A stretch of DNA of 64,000 nucleotides from Candidatus Eiseniibacteriota bacterium (lineage in GTDB: Bacteria; Eisenbacteria; RBG-16-71-46), in NCBI GenBank assembly GCA_044222065.1, contig JBGAOA010000001.1:61713-125712 (forward strand), read 5' to 3'. Below, piece after piece: positions 19,540 through 28,462 of this stretch. Position 1 is the stretch's first letter. Each line of letters starts with the position of its first letter. A model generated the notes under the pieces. The model saw only the letters and a list, made by a program, of their open reading frames with translations. It was not told where the DNA came from and made no database searches. The position numbers and the translations under genes were made by a program.

Positions 19540-20177
19540 ATGGCTAACGGTGAAGACCAACGGATCCAGTGCGTGGACTGCGGGACGGAGTTCCTGTTCA
19601 CGGCGGGAGAGCAGGCGTTCTACAAGGAGCACGGGCTGACCCACGCGCCGACGCGCTGCAAGGGCTGTCGCGAAGCTCGCAAGGGCGGCGGCGGTGGCGG
19701 CGGCGGCCGGGGCGAGCCTCGGACCGCGGACCGCGCGGCAGTGGCGGGGGCGGTGGTGGGGGCCGCGACCGCGATCGCGACCGCGACATGCACGAGGCGG
19801 TCTGTTCGAACTGCGGGTCGACGACCACGGTGCCCTTCATGCCGACGCCCGGACGGCCGATATTCTGCCGTAACTGCTACCAGGCTCAGCGCGGAGGCGG
19901 TCCGCCCGCGGCGCGTCCCTCCGCGCCCCGGCACCGTGATCCGGCGCCGCCCGCGGGCGGCGTGAGTTCCGGGCGCTTCCAGGGCTCGGTCAAGTGGTTC
20001 AACGAATCGAAGGGATTCGGGTTCATTCAGGACGACAACGGTGAGGACGTGTTCGTGCACTTCTCGGCGATCAGCGCCGACGGCTTCCGGACGCTCAACG
20101 AGGGCGATCGCGTCGAGTTCGACGTCGTCCCCGGAGCGAAGGGCAAGCAGGCCTCGAACGTCGTCCGCATCTCCTAG
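19540..20177 (+). CDS. Zinc-ribbon + CxxC-x17-CxxC + cold-shock-domain protein (1-nt frameshift near 19709-19712)
   Basis: GAGGAGG RBS. One frame gives [18 protein letters not shown]...PTRCKGCR; another gives CSNCG...VPFMP...RPIFCRNC and [15 protein letters not shown]...DVFVHFSAI. One extra G in the G4 run joins them into 212 aa. Confidence 0.88.
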
Positions 20178-20247
20178 CCGCACGAACTGACGGCGTCCGG
20201 GCCCTCGCGCCTCGCGCGGGGGCCTCGCCGTCGGATGCAGGGACGCC

Positions 20248-21894
20248 ATGCAGGAAACCATCCGCACCTTCAACGCGCTGGCCGAGGAATACGTCGAGCG
20301 CTCGCTGCAGTTCGATCCCGTCGCGGCGACGCGCGCCGGAATCCACGACTATGACGCGCTCTTCCCGAACGACACGCGCGAGGGCTTCCGCGAGCGCGGC
20401 CGCTGGCTGAGCGATCTCGACCAGCGCCTCGTCGCGTCGGTGCCGTGGGAGGAGCTGCCGCTCGAACAGCGCGTGGACTACGCGCTGCTGCGCTCGCGCG
20501 TCGCGGTTCAGCGCGCCCGCATCGAGGACCAGCGCGTGCAGGCGAGGACGCCGTCGCTCTATCCGGAGACGGCGCTGCAGGGCATCTACCTGCTGCTCGC
20601 GCGTCCGTTCGCGCCGATCGAAGAGCGCAAGGAACTCGTGCTCGCGCGGCTCATGGCCGTTCCGGCGTACCTCGACGCCGCGCGCGAGAACCTCGTGCAG
20701 GTTCCGGCGCTGCTGCGGGAGGTCGCGAGCGAGATCAACTCGAGCGGCCTCGCCTACGTGGACGACGTCGTGCGCACGCTGCTGCGCGCGTTCCCGGCCG
20801 AGGCCGAACGCATCGAGCACGCGGGCGGCACCGCGCGCGTGGGCTTCCTGCGCTTCCAGGAGTTCCTCGACCAGGACCTGCCGGGAATGGAGGGCGGCAC
20901 GTTCGCGATCGGCGAGCGCTGGCTGAACTACGAACTCGAGCGCGGGCACCTGCTGTCCATGGACTGCGCGTACCTCGCCGACTTCGGCCGCCGCGAGGTC
21001 GAGCGACTGAAGCTCGAACTCGAGGCCGAGGCACGCCGGCTCGACCCGTCCAAGGACTGGCGCACGCTGCTCGCCGAGTCGCGCCGCCGCCACCCGGAGC
21101 CGCTGCGCGTGCGCGAGGCGTACGTCGCCGAGATGGAGCGCGCCCGGCGGTTCGTCGAGGAGCGCGGGCTCGCGCCGATGCCGGACTGCCGGCTCGAGAT
21201 CGTGGACACGCCGCACTTCGAGCGCGCCGTGACGCCCTACGCCGAGTACCTCGGCCCCGCGCCGTTCGACGTCGAGCGCACGGGCTACTTCTTCGTGACG
21301 CCGGTGGACCTGTCGCGCGGACGCGAACGCGTCGAGGCGCAGATCGGCGGGCACAGTTACGCCTCGATCTCGCTCATCGCCGCGCACGAAGCGTACCCGG
21401 GACAGCACCTGCAGCTCTCGCACGCCTCGCGCGAGGGCTCGCGCATCCGGCGGCTGCACGAGAGCGCGCTGCTCACCGGGGGCTGGGCGCTGTACTCGGA
21501 GCAGCTCATGCGCGACCAGGGCTTCTTCCTCGACCCGGCGACGCCGCTCGTCCAGACTCGGAACCTGCTGTGGCGCGCGTGCCGCGTCGTCGTGGACGTC
21601 GGACTCCACTGCGGAACGCTCACGTTCGCGGAGGCCGTGGACTACCTCGTCTCGAACGTGATGCTCGACCGCGAGAGCGCCGAGATGGAAGTGAAGCGCT
21701 ACGCGCTGCGGCCGGGGGAGGCGCTGTGCTACCTCGTCGGCCACTCGCTGCTGAGCGAGTTGCGCGCCGAGGCGCAGACGCAGCTCGGCGGCCGCTTCGA
21801 CCTGCGCTCGTTCCACGGCGCGATCCTTCAGAGCGGCAGCGTGCCGCCGTTCCTCGTCCGCGAGGAGCTGCGCGACCGCCTCGGAGTGGCGTAG
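20248..21894 (+). CDS. DUF885-family protein (putative metallopeptidase-like)
   Basis: PVAATRAGIHDYD, HEAYPGQHLQ, GGWALYSE, LWRACRVVVDVGLH, EVKRY...PGEALCYLVG, FDLRSFH. Confidence 0.88.
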   Translation: MQETIRTFNALAEEYVERSLQFDPVAATRAGIHDYDALFPNDTREGFRERGRWLSDLDQRLVASVPWEELPLEQRVDYALLRSRVAVQRARIEDQRVQARTPSLYPETALQGIYLLLARPFAPIEERKELVLARLMAVPAYLDAARENLVQVPALLREVASEINSSGLAYVDDVVRTLLRAFPAEAERIEHAGGTARVGFLRFQEFLDQDLPGMEGGTFAIGERWLNYELERGHLLSMDCAYLADFGRREVERLKLELEAEARRLDPSKDWRTLLAESRRRHPEPLRVREAYVAEMERARRFVEERGLAPMPDCRLEIVDTPHFERAVTPYAEYLGPAPFDVERTGYFFVTPVDLSRGRERVEAQIGGHSYASISLIAAHEAYPGQHLQLSHASREGSRIRRLHESALLTGGWALYSEQLMRDQGFFLDPATPLVQTRNLLWRACRVVVDVGLHCGTLTFAEAVDYLVSNVMLDRESAEMEVKRYALRPGEALCYLVGHSLLSELRAEAQTQLGGRFDLRSFHGAILQSGSVPPFLVREELRDRLGVA

Positions 21895-21910
21895 TCGCGC
21901 GAATCGGGCT

Positions 21911-22396
21911 CTAGCGCCGCGACGACTTCGCGTGCGCGCCCGCGTGCGCGATCCGCGCGAACACCTCGCTGCCGCGCTCGAGCGCCGCGAGTTCGTCGCG
22001 GGTGAGCGTCGCGAGCCGCGCCTCGAGCGCCTCGAGCCGGCGCCGCCGTCCCTGTTCGAGCAGCCGTCGCCCCGCGGCCGTGGGCTCGATCCAGACGCGC
22101 CGCGCGTCGTCCGCATCCGCGCGGCGCCGGGCGAGGCCGTCGCGCTCGAGCGCCTGGACGATGCGCGTCATCGTCGCCGGCCGGACCTGCTCGGCGTGCG
22201 CGAGGGCGCCGAGCGTCGAGGGTCCGCCGAACACGAGCACCGACAACGCCGACAGCCTCGCCGGGCCGAGCGACAGCTCGCGATCGACGCTCCGGAGCTG
22301 CCGCAGCAGCTGGATCGCCGAGCGGTGAATGCGTTCGGCGAGCGCCGAGTTCGGACCGGCGGGGGCCGTATTTCGCGGTGGACGGGGCGGGCTCAC
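21911..22396 (-). CDS. MarR-family transcriptional regulator
   Basis: LGPARLSALSVL...TLGALAHAEQVRPATMTRIVQALERDGL...DARRVWI. Confidence 0.92.
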   Translation of the reverse strand: MSPPRPPRNTAPAGPNSALAERIHRSAIQLLRQLRSVDRELSLGPARLSALSVLVFGGPSTLGALAHAEQVRPATMTRIVQALERDGLARRRADADDARRVWIEPTAAGRRLLEQGRRRRLEALEARLATLTRDELAALERGSEVFARIAHAGAHAKSSRR

Positions 22397-22403
22397 GTCC
22401 CTA

Positions 22404-22422
22404 TAGTTAGCACAGCTAACTA
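22404..22422. promoter_or_regulatory. Putative MarR operator
   Basis: Perfect AT-rich inverted repeat TAGTTAGC-ACA-GCTAACTA in the 56-bp divergent intergenic region. Confidence 0.8.
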
Positions 22423-22452
22423 ATCGCTCGCCACTCGAACCCGAGGGGAACC

Positions 22453-22839
22453 ATGGTCCCGACCCACGCGCTCGCGCTCTCGAGGCTGTCGCAGGTCTCG
22501 ATGACCGCCCACGATCTCGAACGCGCCACGACGTTCTATCGCGACACGCTCGGCATGCGGCACCTCTTCAGCGTGCCGAACATGGCGTTCTTCGACTGCA
22601 GCGGCGTCCGGCTGATGCTCGGCGTTCCGGAAGCCGGCGAGCACGACCATCCCGGCTCGGTGCTGTACTTCGACGTGCCGGACATCCACGCGGCGCACGC
22701 GGCGCTCGTCGAGCGCGGAGTGCGCACGATCGGCGAGCCGCACTTCGTGGCGAAGCTCGCCGACGGCGACTACTGGATGGGCTTCTTCAAGGACAGCGAG
22801 GGCAACACGCTCGCGATCACCTCGATGCGGCGCGCGTAG
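22453..22839 (+). CDS. VOC/glyoxalase-family protein
   Basis: DLERATTFYRDTLG, LYFDVPDI, FFKDSEGNTL; GAGGGG RBS. Confidence 0.92.
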   Translation: MVPTHALALSRLSQVSMTAHDLERATTFYRDTLGMRHLFSVPNMAFFDCSGVRLMLGVPEAGEHDHPGSVLYFDVPDIHAAHAALVERGVRTIGEPHFVAKLADGDYWMGFFKDSEGNTLAITSMRRA

Positions 22840-22850
22840 TCCGGCGCTCC

Positions 22851-22895
22851 AAACGCGCGCGGGGCGGGAGTGCGACTCCCGCCCCGCGTTCGTTT
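22851..22895. terminator. Probable bidirectional terminator between convergent genes
   Basis: 13-bp stem GCGGGGCGGGAGT-GCG-ACTCCCGCCCCGC flanked by AAACG and TTCGTTT. Confidence 0.75.
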
Positions 22896-22911
22896 CGGCG
22901 TCGGCCCGGAC

Positions 22912-24291
22912 TCAGGGCGTCGGCGCGCCGTGCCAGGGGAAGTAGGAGGCGAGCCCCGGCTCGGACTGGAACACCGCCGGATAGAGCGGCGACTCCGGCA
23001 TCGCGAGCCGCGCGCGATCGGCGCGCAGCGTCATCGAGCCCGAGAGGTCGATCGGGTGGATGGACGCCCCGAACTTGCTGTTCACCGAGGCGATCAGCGC
23101 GTTGCAGAGGATGCCGTGCGCGAGGTCGCTCGGGTGCACGCCGTCGAGGCTGAAGAGCCCGCCCGTGATGAACGCGCTCGTGTAGACGTTGCCCGCCACG
23201 TTGAAGCCGGTCGAGCGCGCGGTCTCGAGCAGTCCCTTCAGGTCCACGACCGCGAACCCGCGCGCGGTCGCCTCGCCGACGATCGCGGCGTTGTAGCCGT
23301 TCGTCGCCGCGCGGATCGAAGCGATCTCCGCGCCCGACAGCACGACCGAGTCCGGAAGCCCGACGCCCGTGCCGGGCACCGGTCCGCCGCTCATGTAGGA
23401 GGTCGTGCCGACCGGATAGCCCATGCCCGCCGCGAGCAGCGGGCCGGCCGTGAGCAGCAGCAGGTCCGTGGCGGGATTGACCGGCGTGTTGCCCGGGCCG
23501 AGGACCGGAGTCAGCGGCGCGATCGGGAGGCTGTTCGCTCCGAGCACGACCGGCGGCAGCGTGCGGACGAGCGGGATCGTCGTCACGTCCGGCACCGTGA
23601 AGATCGCGACCTTCGCGTTCGGCAGCGCGCCCTGCAGCGCGTTCAGCGTCTGACCGAGCAGCACCGCGAACGTGGCCGCGTCCGGAACGACCGTTCCGGC
23701 GCCGCGCGAGGCGGGACCGAGCACCTCGTTCGAGCCGTACTCGAACGTGAGGAACGTCGGCTTCGGGTTCATCTGCGTCGCGATCTGGGCGAGCAGCGAA
23801 CCGCGGCCGCGCTGGATGTTCGTGAACATCACGGGCCGGTACGGCGGGAACGTCGGCGGCGGGATCTGGTAACGCGTCGTGTCGCCCACGTCCACGAGCA
23901 GCGAGTACGGCACCGCGAGGTTGTCGAACGGTTCCGAGTTCGTGGAGTTCGTCCACGTGCCGTTCACGCGCCCCGCGTTCGTGATGACGAGCGGGGACAG
24001 CGAGACGAGCCGCGTGAGCGCGGGCACGCCGTCGCCGTTCACGGACGGAATCTGGAAGCTCCCGTCGCCGATCGCCTGCGCGAACAGCACCGGGAACGCC
24101 TGACGCTGGTGCCGGTCCACGAGGCCGCCCGACTCCCAGCCGGCCGAGATGCTCGTGCCGAGTGCCACGTAGCGCGAGAAGTCCGCGCTGCCCGCGCCGG
24201 CCGTCGGCGCCGTCGTCGCCTTGATCTTGCTGCAGCCCGCGAGGCTCGCGAGTGCCGCGAGCAGCAGGCCGATGCGCATCATCGTCTTCAT
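22912..24291 (-). CDS. SGNH/GDSL-like lipase/esterase lipoprotein
   Basis: Lipobox LAGC; block I YVALGTSISAG, block III GSNEVLG, block V FSLDGVHP. Confidence 0.85.
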   Translation of the reverse strand: MKTMMRIGLLLAALASLAGCSKIKATTAPTAGAGSADFSRYVALGTSISAGWESGGLVDRHQRQAFPVLFAQAIGDGSFQIPSVNGDGVPALTRLVSLSPLVITNAGRVNGTWTNSTNSEPFDNLAVPYSLLVDVGDTTRYQIPPPTFPPYRPVMFTNIQRGRGSLLAQIATQMNPKPTFLTFEYGSNEVLGPASRGAGTVVPDAATFAVLLGQTLNALQGALPNAKVAIFTVPDVTTIPLVRTLPPVVLGANSLPIAPLTPVLGPGNTPVNPATDLLLLTAGPLLAAGMGYPVGTTSYMSGGPVPGTGVGLPDSVVLSGAEIASIRAATNGYNAAIVGEATARGFAVVDLKGLLETARSTGFNVAGNVYTSAFITGGLFSLDGVHPSDLAHGILCNALIASVNSKFGASIHPIDLSGSMTLRADRARLAMPESPLYPAVFQSEPGLASYFPWHGAPTP

Positions 24292-24311
24292 CGCTCGCTC
24301 CTTTCGCCCGC

Positions 24312-25616
24312 TCACCAGCGGTAGTTGAGGCCGAGTCCGGCCGCGTTGACGTAGGACTTGTACTCGCCGTTGAAGCCGTCGCGATTGACGCCTTCGGTGC
24401 CGCGGTGCTGAACGAACACGGCGAGCTCGTAGAGGTCGAGCGACCAGCGACCGTCCTTGCCGAACGGGAAGCCGAGGCCGAGCGTGACGCCGTTGCGTCC
24501 CGAGTCGGGGAGCAGCGGGCTCATGGACTCGTCCGGCGCCGCGGCCTCGTCGTAGTAGTAGCCGACGCGGTACGTGTAGCGGTCGAGCCGGTGCTCGGCG
24601 CCGACGCGCACCTGGAAGGCGTCGTCGTAGTTCTCGGCGATCGCGCTGCTCGCGCTCGAGGTCGTCTGGAAGTGCAGCGGCAGGTCCTTGAACACGGACC
24701 ACTCGAAGAAGTTGAGATCGGCCTCGACCGTCCAGCGGTCGGTCGGCGTCCACGCGAAGCCCGTGGACCACATCGCCGGGAAGCGGATCACCGTCTTCAC
24801 CTTCTGGTTCGGCGGCAGCTGCGCCGCGACGCCGGCGTCGAACGTCGAGTTGCCCGTCAGCACCTGCTGGAAGGTCGCGTCACCCTCCATGTGCGTCACG
24901 ATCTTGCTGCGGTACGTGGCCGCCCACGTCCACTTCGGATCGAGCTTCCACGTCGCGGCCGCGTTCCAGCCGAAACCGGGCGTGAAGTCGGACTCGAGCC
25001 CGACCTTCGCCACGTCCACCTGCGCGCCGCCGCCGCCGGGCGCCGTCGCGAGGCGCCGGCGCTGCAGCTCGACCTTGCTCATCGCCATCGCGCCGCCCGC
25101 GGCGAGGCTCAGGTTCGGGCGCGGCGCGTACGCGACCACGCCGAGCACCTGCGCGCTCTGCAGCTCGGCCTTCGTCACGATGTAGCGGCCGCTGAACTGG
25201 TCGGGATCGTCCCATTCGACGCCGAGCCCGAACGGGAACGCGACGCCGATGCCGCCCGCGCAACGCTCGGCGAAGCGATAGCCGACGTAGGCGGGCAACG
25301 TCGGAAAGTTCTGCTTCTTCATCGCCTCGACCGTGCCGAAGCCGGGGTACGGATTGTGACCGGCGAAGCTCGTCACGGGCGAGAGCAGGGTCGGATTCAG
25401 GCTGAAGGCGCCGCGGTCGAGCCACACGAGATTCGCGGGATTGAAGAACACCGCTTCGGCGTTGTTCGCGGACGCCGTGACGGCGCCACCGCGCCCGAGC
25501 GCCTGCGCACCCTGTTCGAAGATCGAGTAGCCCGACGCGCGTGCGTGCGCGGGAACGAGGATCGTCAGACCGGCCGCGAGCAGCCACGCCGGCCGACACC
25601 GAGACATCCGAATCAT
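24312..25616 (-). CDS. fadL: OmpP1/FadL-family outer-membrane long-chain fatty acid transporter
   Basis: Hatch motif SGYSIFEQGAQALGRGGA...FFNPANL, PFGLGVEW, PLLPDS, terminal aromatic YRW. Confidence 0.9.
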   Translation of the reverse strand: MIRMSRCRPAWLLAAGLTILVPAHARASGYSIFEQGAQALGRGGAVTASANNAEAVFFNPANLVWLDRGAFSLNPTLLSPVTSFAGHNPYPGFGTVEAMKKQNFPTLPAYVGYRFAERCAGGIGVAFPFGLGVEWDDPDQFSGRYIVTKAELQSAQVLGVVAYAPRPNLSLAAGGAMAMSKVELQRRRLATAPGGGGAQVDVAKVGLESDFTPGFGWNAAATWKLDPKWTWAATYRSKIVTHMEGDATFQQVLTGNSTFDAGVAAQLPPNQKVKTVIRFPAMWSTGFAWTPTDRWTVEADLNFFEWSVFKDLPLHFQTTSSASSAIAENYDDAFQVRVGAEHRLDRYTYRVGYYYDEAAAPDESMSPLLPDSGRNGVTLGLGFPFGKDGRWSLDLYELAVFVQHRGTEGVNRDGFNGEYKSYVNAAGLGLNYRW

Positions 25617-25652
25617 GCGACTCTCCGCTGGTGGGGGTGGGTGACGCCGTGA

Positions 25653-27461
25653 CTACGCGGCCGGCGGCGTCTCGACTCCGGCATAGAGCTCGTCGATGCG
25701 AGCGGCGAACTTCTGGACGATGATCTTGCGGCGAACCTTGAGCGTCGGCGTGATCTCGCCGGCTTCCTGCGTGAGTTCGCGGTTCAGCAGCGCGAACTTC
25801 TTCACCTTCTCGAACGGCGCGAGATCGGCATTGAGCCGGTCGATCTCGGCCTGGTAGATCGCCGCGACCTCGCCGCGCTCGAGCAGCGCGTCGCGGTCGG
25901 AGACGTCCCAGCCGTGGGCCTTCGCGTGCGCTTCGAGCGTCGCGAAGTTCGGCACGAGCAGCGCGATCACGTAGGGGCGACGGTCGCCGAGCAGCACGGC
26001 CTCGGCGATCCACTTGCTCGTCTTGAGCCGTCCTTCGAGCGGCTGCGGCGCGACCTTCTTGCCGCCCGCCGTGACGAGCAGGTCCTTGAGCCGGTCGGTG
26101 ATGAACAGCGCTCCGTCCGCGTCGAGGTGGCCGATGTCGCCGGTGTGGAACCAGCCGTCGCGGATCGCGGCGCGCGTGGCCTCGTCGTTCTGGAAGTAGC
26201 CGCGCATCACGTGGCGGCCGCGCGTGAGGATCTCGCCCTCGTCGCCGATCTTCACCTCGACGTCCGCGATCGCCGGGCCGACGGAACCCGGCTTCTCGCG
26301 ACCGGGCAGGTTGAGGCAGATGACGGGCGAGGTCTCGGTGAGGCCGTAGCCTTCGACGACCGGGATGCCGACCGCGAAGAAGAACTCCATGACCTTCGGC
26401 CCCAGCGGCGCGCCGCCCGAGATGCAGAAGCGCAGTCGTCCGCCGACGCGCTCGCGGATCTTCGCGCCGACGAGACGGTCGGCGACACGGTGCTGCAGCG
26501 CGAGCCAGCCCGCGGGCTTGCGGCCTTCGAAGTGGAGGCGCGCGGCCTGCCGGCCCACGCCGAGCCCCCAGTGGAAGATCGCGCGCCGCAGCGGCGGGAA
26601 CTTGGAGGCGTTCTCGTAGACGCGCGCGTACACCTTCTCGTAGAAGCGCGGCACGCCGGTCAGCACGGTGGGCTTCACTTCCTGCGCGTCGGTCGCGACC
26701 GTGTCCATGTTCTGCGCGTACGCGATCGTGACGCCGCACGCGAGCATGGCGTAGAGCCCGGCCATGCGCTCGAAGATGTGGCACAGCGGCAAGAACGACA
26801 GCGACGTGTCTCCACCCGTGAACGCGATGCGCTTCAGGCACGAGGCGACGTCGAACGCGATGTTGTCGTGCGTCAGCATCGCGCCCTTCGGCTCGCCCGT
26901 CGTGCCCGACGTGTAGATGATGGTCGCGAGGTCCTCGGGCTTCACGGCCTGGGCGCGGCGGCGGAACGCCTCGGGATCCGCGGCGAGCCGCTTCGCGCCG
27001 TCCTTGAGCACGGCTTCGAAGTCGTGGTCCATGGGACCGTTCGGCGGCGAAGGATCCATCACCACGACCGCCTGCACGCTCGGAAGCTCGGGCAGCACCG
27101 AGTGCACCTTGTCGAGCTGCGCGGGCGTCGAGACGACGAGCACCTTCGCCCCGGCGTTCGCGAGGATGTACTGCACCTGGGGTCCCGTCAGCGTCGGGTA
27201 GACGGGCACCGTCACCGCGCCGAGCCCGAGCGTCGCGAGGTCCGTCACGGGCCACTCGTAGCGGTTCTCGGACAGCAGTCCGACGCGGTCGCCGCGACCG
27301 ATGCCGAGCGCTTCGAGCCCGAGCGCGAGAGAGGCGACGTCGTGGAGCGCGCGTTCGGCCGAGATCGCTTCCCAGGTCTTTCCGCGCCGGCGCAGGAACT
27401 GCGCGCTCTTGCGCTCGCGGTCGACGGTGTCGAGGAAAATGCCGATCAGCGTGCCGGCCAT
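25653..27461 (-). CDS. fadD: Long-chain fatty acid-CoA ligase
   Basis: YTSGTTGEPKG, GYGLTETSP, WFHTGDIG, TDRLKDL, TPTLKVRR. Confidence 0.95.
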   Translation of the reverse strand: MAGTLIGIFLDTVDRERKSAQFLRRRGKTWEAISAERALHDVASLALGLEALGIGRGDRVGLLSENRYEWPVTDLATLGLGAVTVPVYPTLTGPQVQYILANAGAKVLVVSTPAQLDKVHSVLPELPSVQAVVVMDPSPPNGPMDHDFEAVLKDGAKRLAADPEAFRRRAQAVKPEDLATIIYTSGTTGEPKGAMLTHDNIAFDVASCLKRIAFTGGDTSLSFLPLCHIFERMAGLYAMLACGVTIAYAQNMDTVATDAQEVKPTVLTGVPRFYEKVYARVYENASKFPPLRRAIFHWGLGVGRQAARLHFEGRKPAGWLALQHRVADRLVGAKIRERVGGRLRFCISGGAPLGPKVMEFFFAVGIPVVEGYGLTETSPVICLNLPGREKPGSVGPAIADVEVKIGDEGEILTRGRHVMRGYFQNDEATRAAIRDGWFHTGDIGHLDADGALFITDRLKDLLVTAGGKKVAPQPLEGRLKTSKWIAEAVLLGDRRPYVIALLVPNFATLEAHAKAHGWDVSDRDALLERGEVAAIYQAEIDRLNADLAPFEKVKKFALLNRELTQEAGEITPTLKVRRKIIVQKFAARIDELYAGVETPPAA

Positions 27462-27578
27462 GGGGGCTCCTTGAGCGAAGTGGGCCGCCCTCCTGGCGGC
27501 CGGTGGGGCGTAGGGGTAACACCCGCACCCGCGCCGCTCAAGAACAATCGGCCACGCGCGCGGCGCCGGGCCGATGCG

Positions 27579-27608
27579 TTGACAATGGTCGGGACCGTGG
27601 GACAGAGT
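27579..27608 (+). promoter_or_regulatory. Possible promoter with overlapping GntR/FadR-like palindrome
   Basis: TTGACA (27579-27584) immediately followed by ATGGTC-GG-GACCGT; the -10 element is poor. Confidence 0.3.
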
Positions 27609-27619
27609 CCGGCCCTCGC

Positions 27620-28444
27620 ATGACCGAACCCTTCGAGTCGCCTCGCGCCCCGCGTCTCGGGCCCCGCCGTCCGCTCCCGTCGATCGTCCTCCACCTCTCG
27701 CTCGTCCTCGTTGCGATCGCGGCCGCCGCCGTCCGTCCCGCGCGCGCCGACGTCGCGGCCGAGATCGCCGCCGGCGACGTCGCCTACGCGCAAGGCCAGC
27801 TGCCGCGCGCGCTCGCCGCGTTCCAGGCCGCGCTCAAGGAGGATCCGAAGCACTTCTCCGCGCTGTGGCGGCTGTCGCGCGCGGAGTCCGAAGCGGGCGA
27901 GGACGCGAAGGGCGAGGAGCGCAAGCAGCTCATCGCCTCGGCGGTCGAGCACGCGCGCCTCGCGACTCAGGTCGCGCCGGACAGCGCGCGCGGCCACCTC
28001 GCGCTCGCGATCGCGCTCGGGCGGCAGGCCCTCAAGGAAGGTCCCAAGACGAAGCTCGCGCTCGCGCGCGAGATCAAGTCCGAGGTGGACCGGGCGCTGC
28101 AGGCCGATGCCGCCCTCGGGCGCGCCTACCACGTGCGCGCGATGTGGAACCGCGAGGTCGCGAGCCTGAACGCCCTCGAACGGATGGCAGCGAACACGGT
28201 GCTCGGCGGCGTTCCGAAGGGCGCCTCGATGGACAACGCCGTGAACGACCTCGAACGCGCCGTCTCGCTCGAGCCCGACTACGTGAACCACCGCCTCGAA
28301 CTCGGCCGCACGTACCTCATGCTGAAGCGCCGCGACGACGCGCGCCGCGAGCTCGAGAAGGCGGTCGCGCTCGCTCCGACGAGCAACCCGCGCGATGCCC
28401 ACTACCAGACGGAAGCGCGGGAGCTGCTGAAGAAGCTGAAGTAG
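27620..28444 (+). CDS. Exported tetratricopeptide-repeat protein
   Basis: Signal peptide ending ARA-D; helical TPR-like repeats (ALWRLSRA, GHLALAIALG, LERAVSLEPD, LELGRTY). Confidence 0.85.
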   Translation: MTEPFESPRAPRLGPRRPLPSIVLHLSLVLVAIAAAAVRPARADVAAEIAAGDVAYAQGQLPRALAAFQAALKEDPKHFSALWRLSRAESEAGEDAKGEERKQLIASAVEHARLATQVAPDSARGHLALAIALGRQALKEGPKTKLALAREIKSEVDRALQADAALGRAYHVRAMWNREVASLNALERMAANTVLGGVPKGASMDNAVNDLERAVSLEPDYVNHRLELGRTYLMLKRRDDARRELEKAVALAPTSNPRDAHYQTEARELLKKLK

Positions 28445-28462
28445 TTCGGAAGGGGGCAGGGG

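Noticed and set aside
19700..19720. Programmed -1 ribosomal frameshift in the cold-shock gene
   Set aside because: No X-XXY-YYZ slippery heptamer of the usual A/U type; a homopolymer error is simpler given the other lesions.
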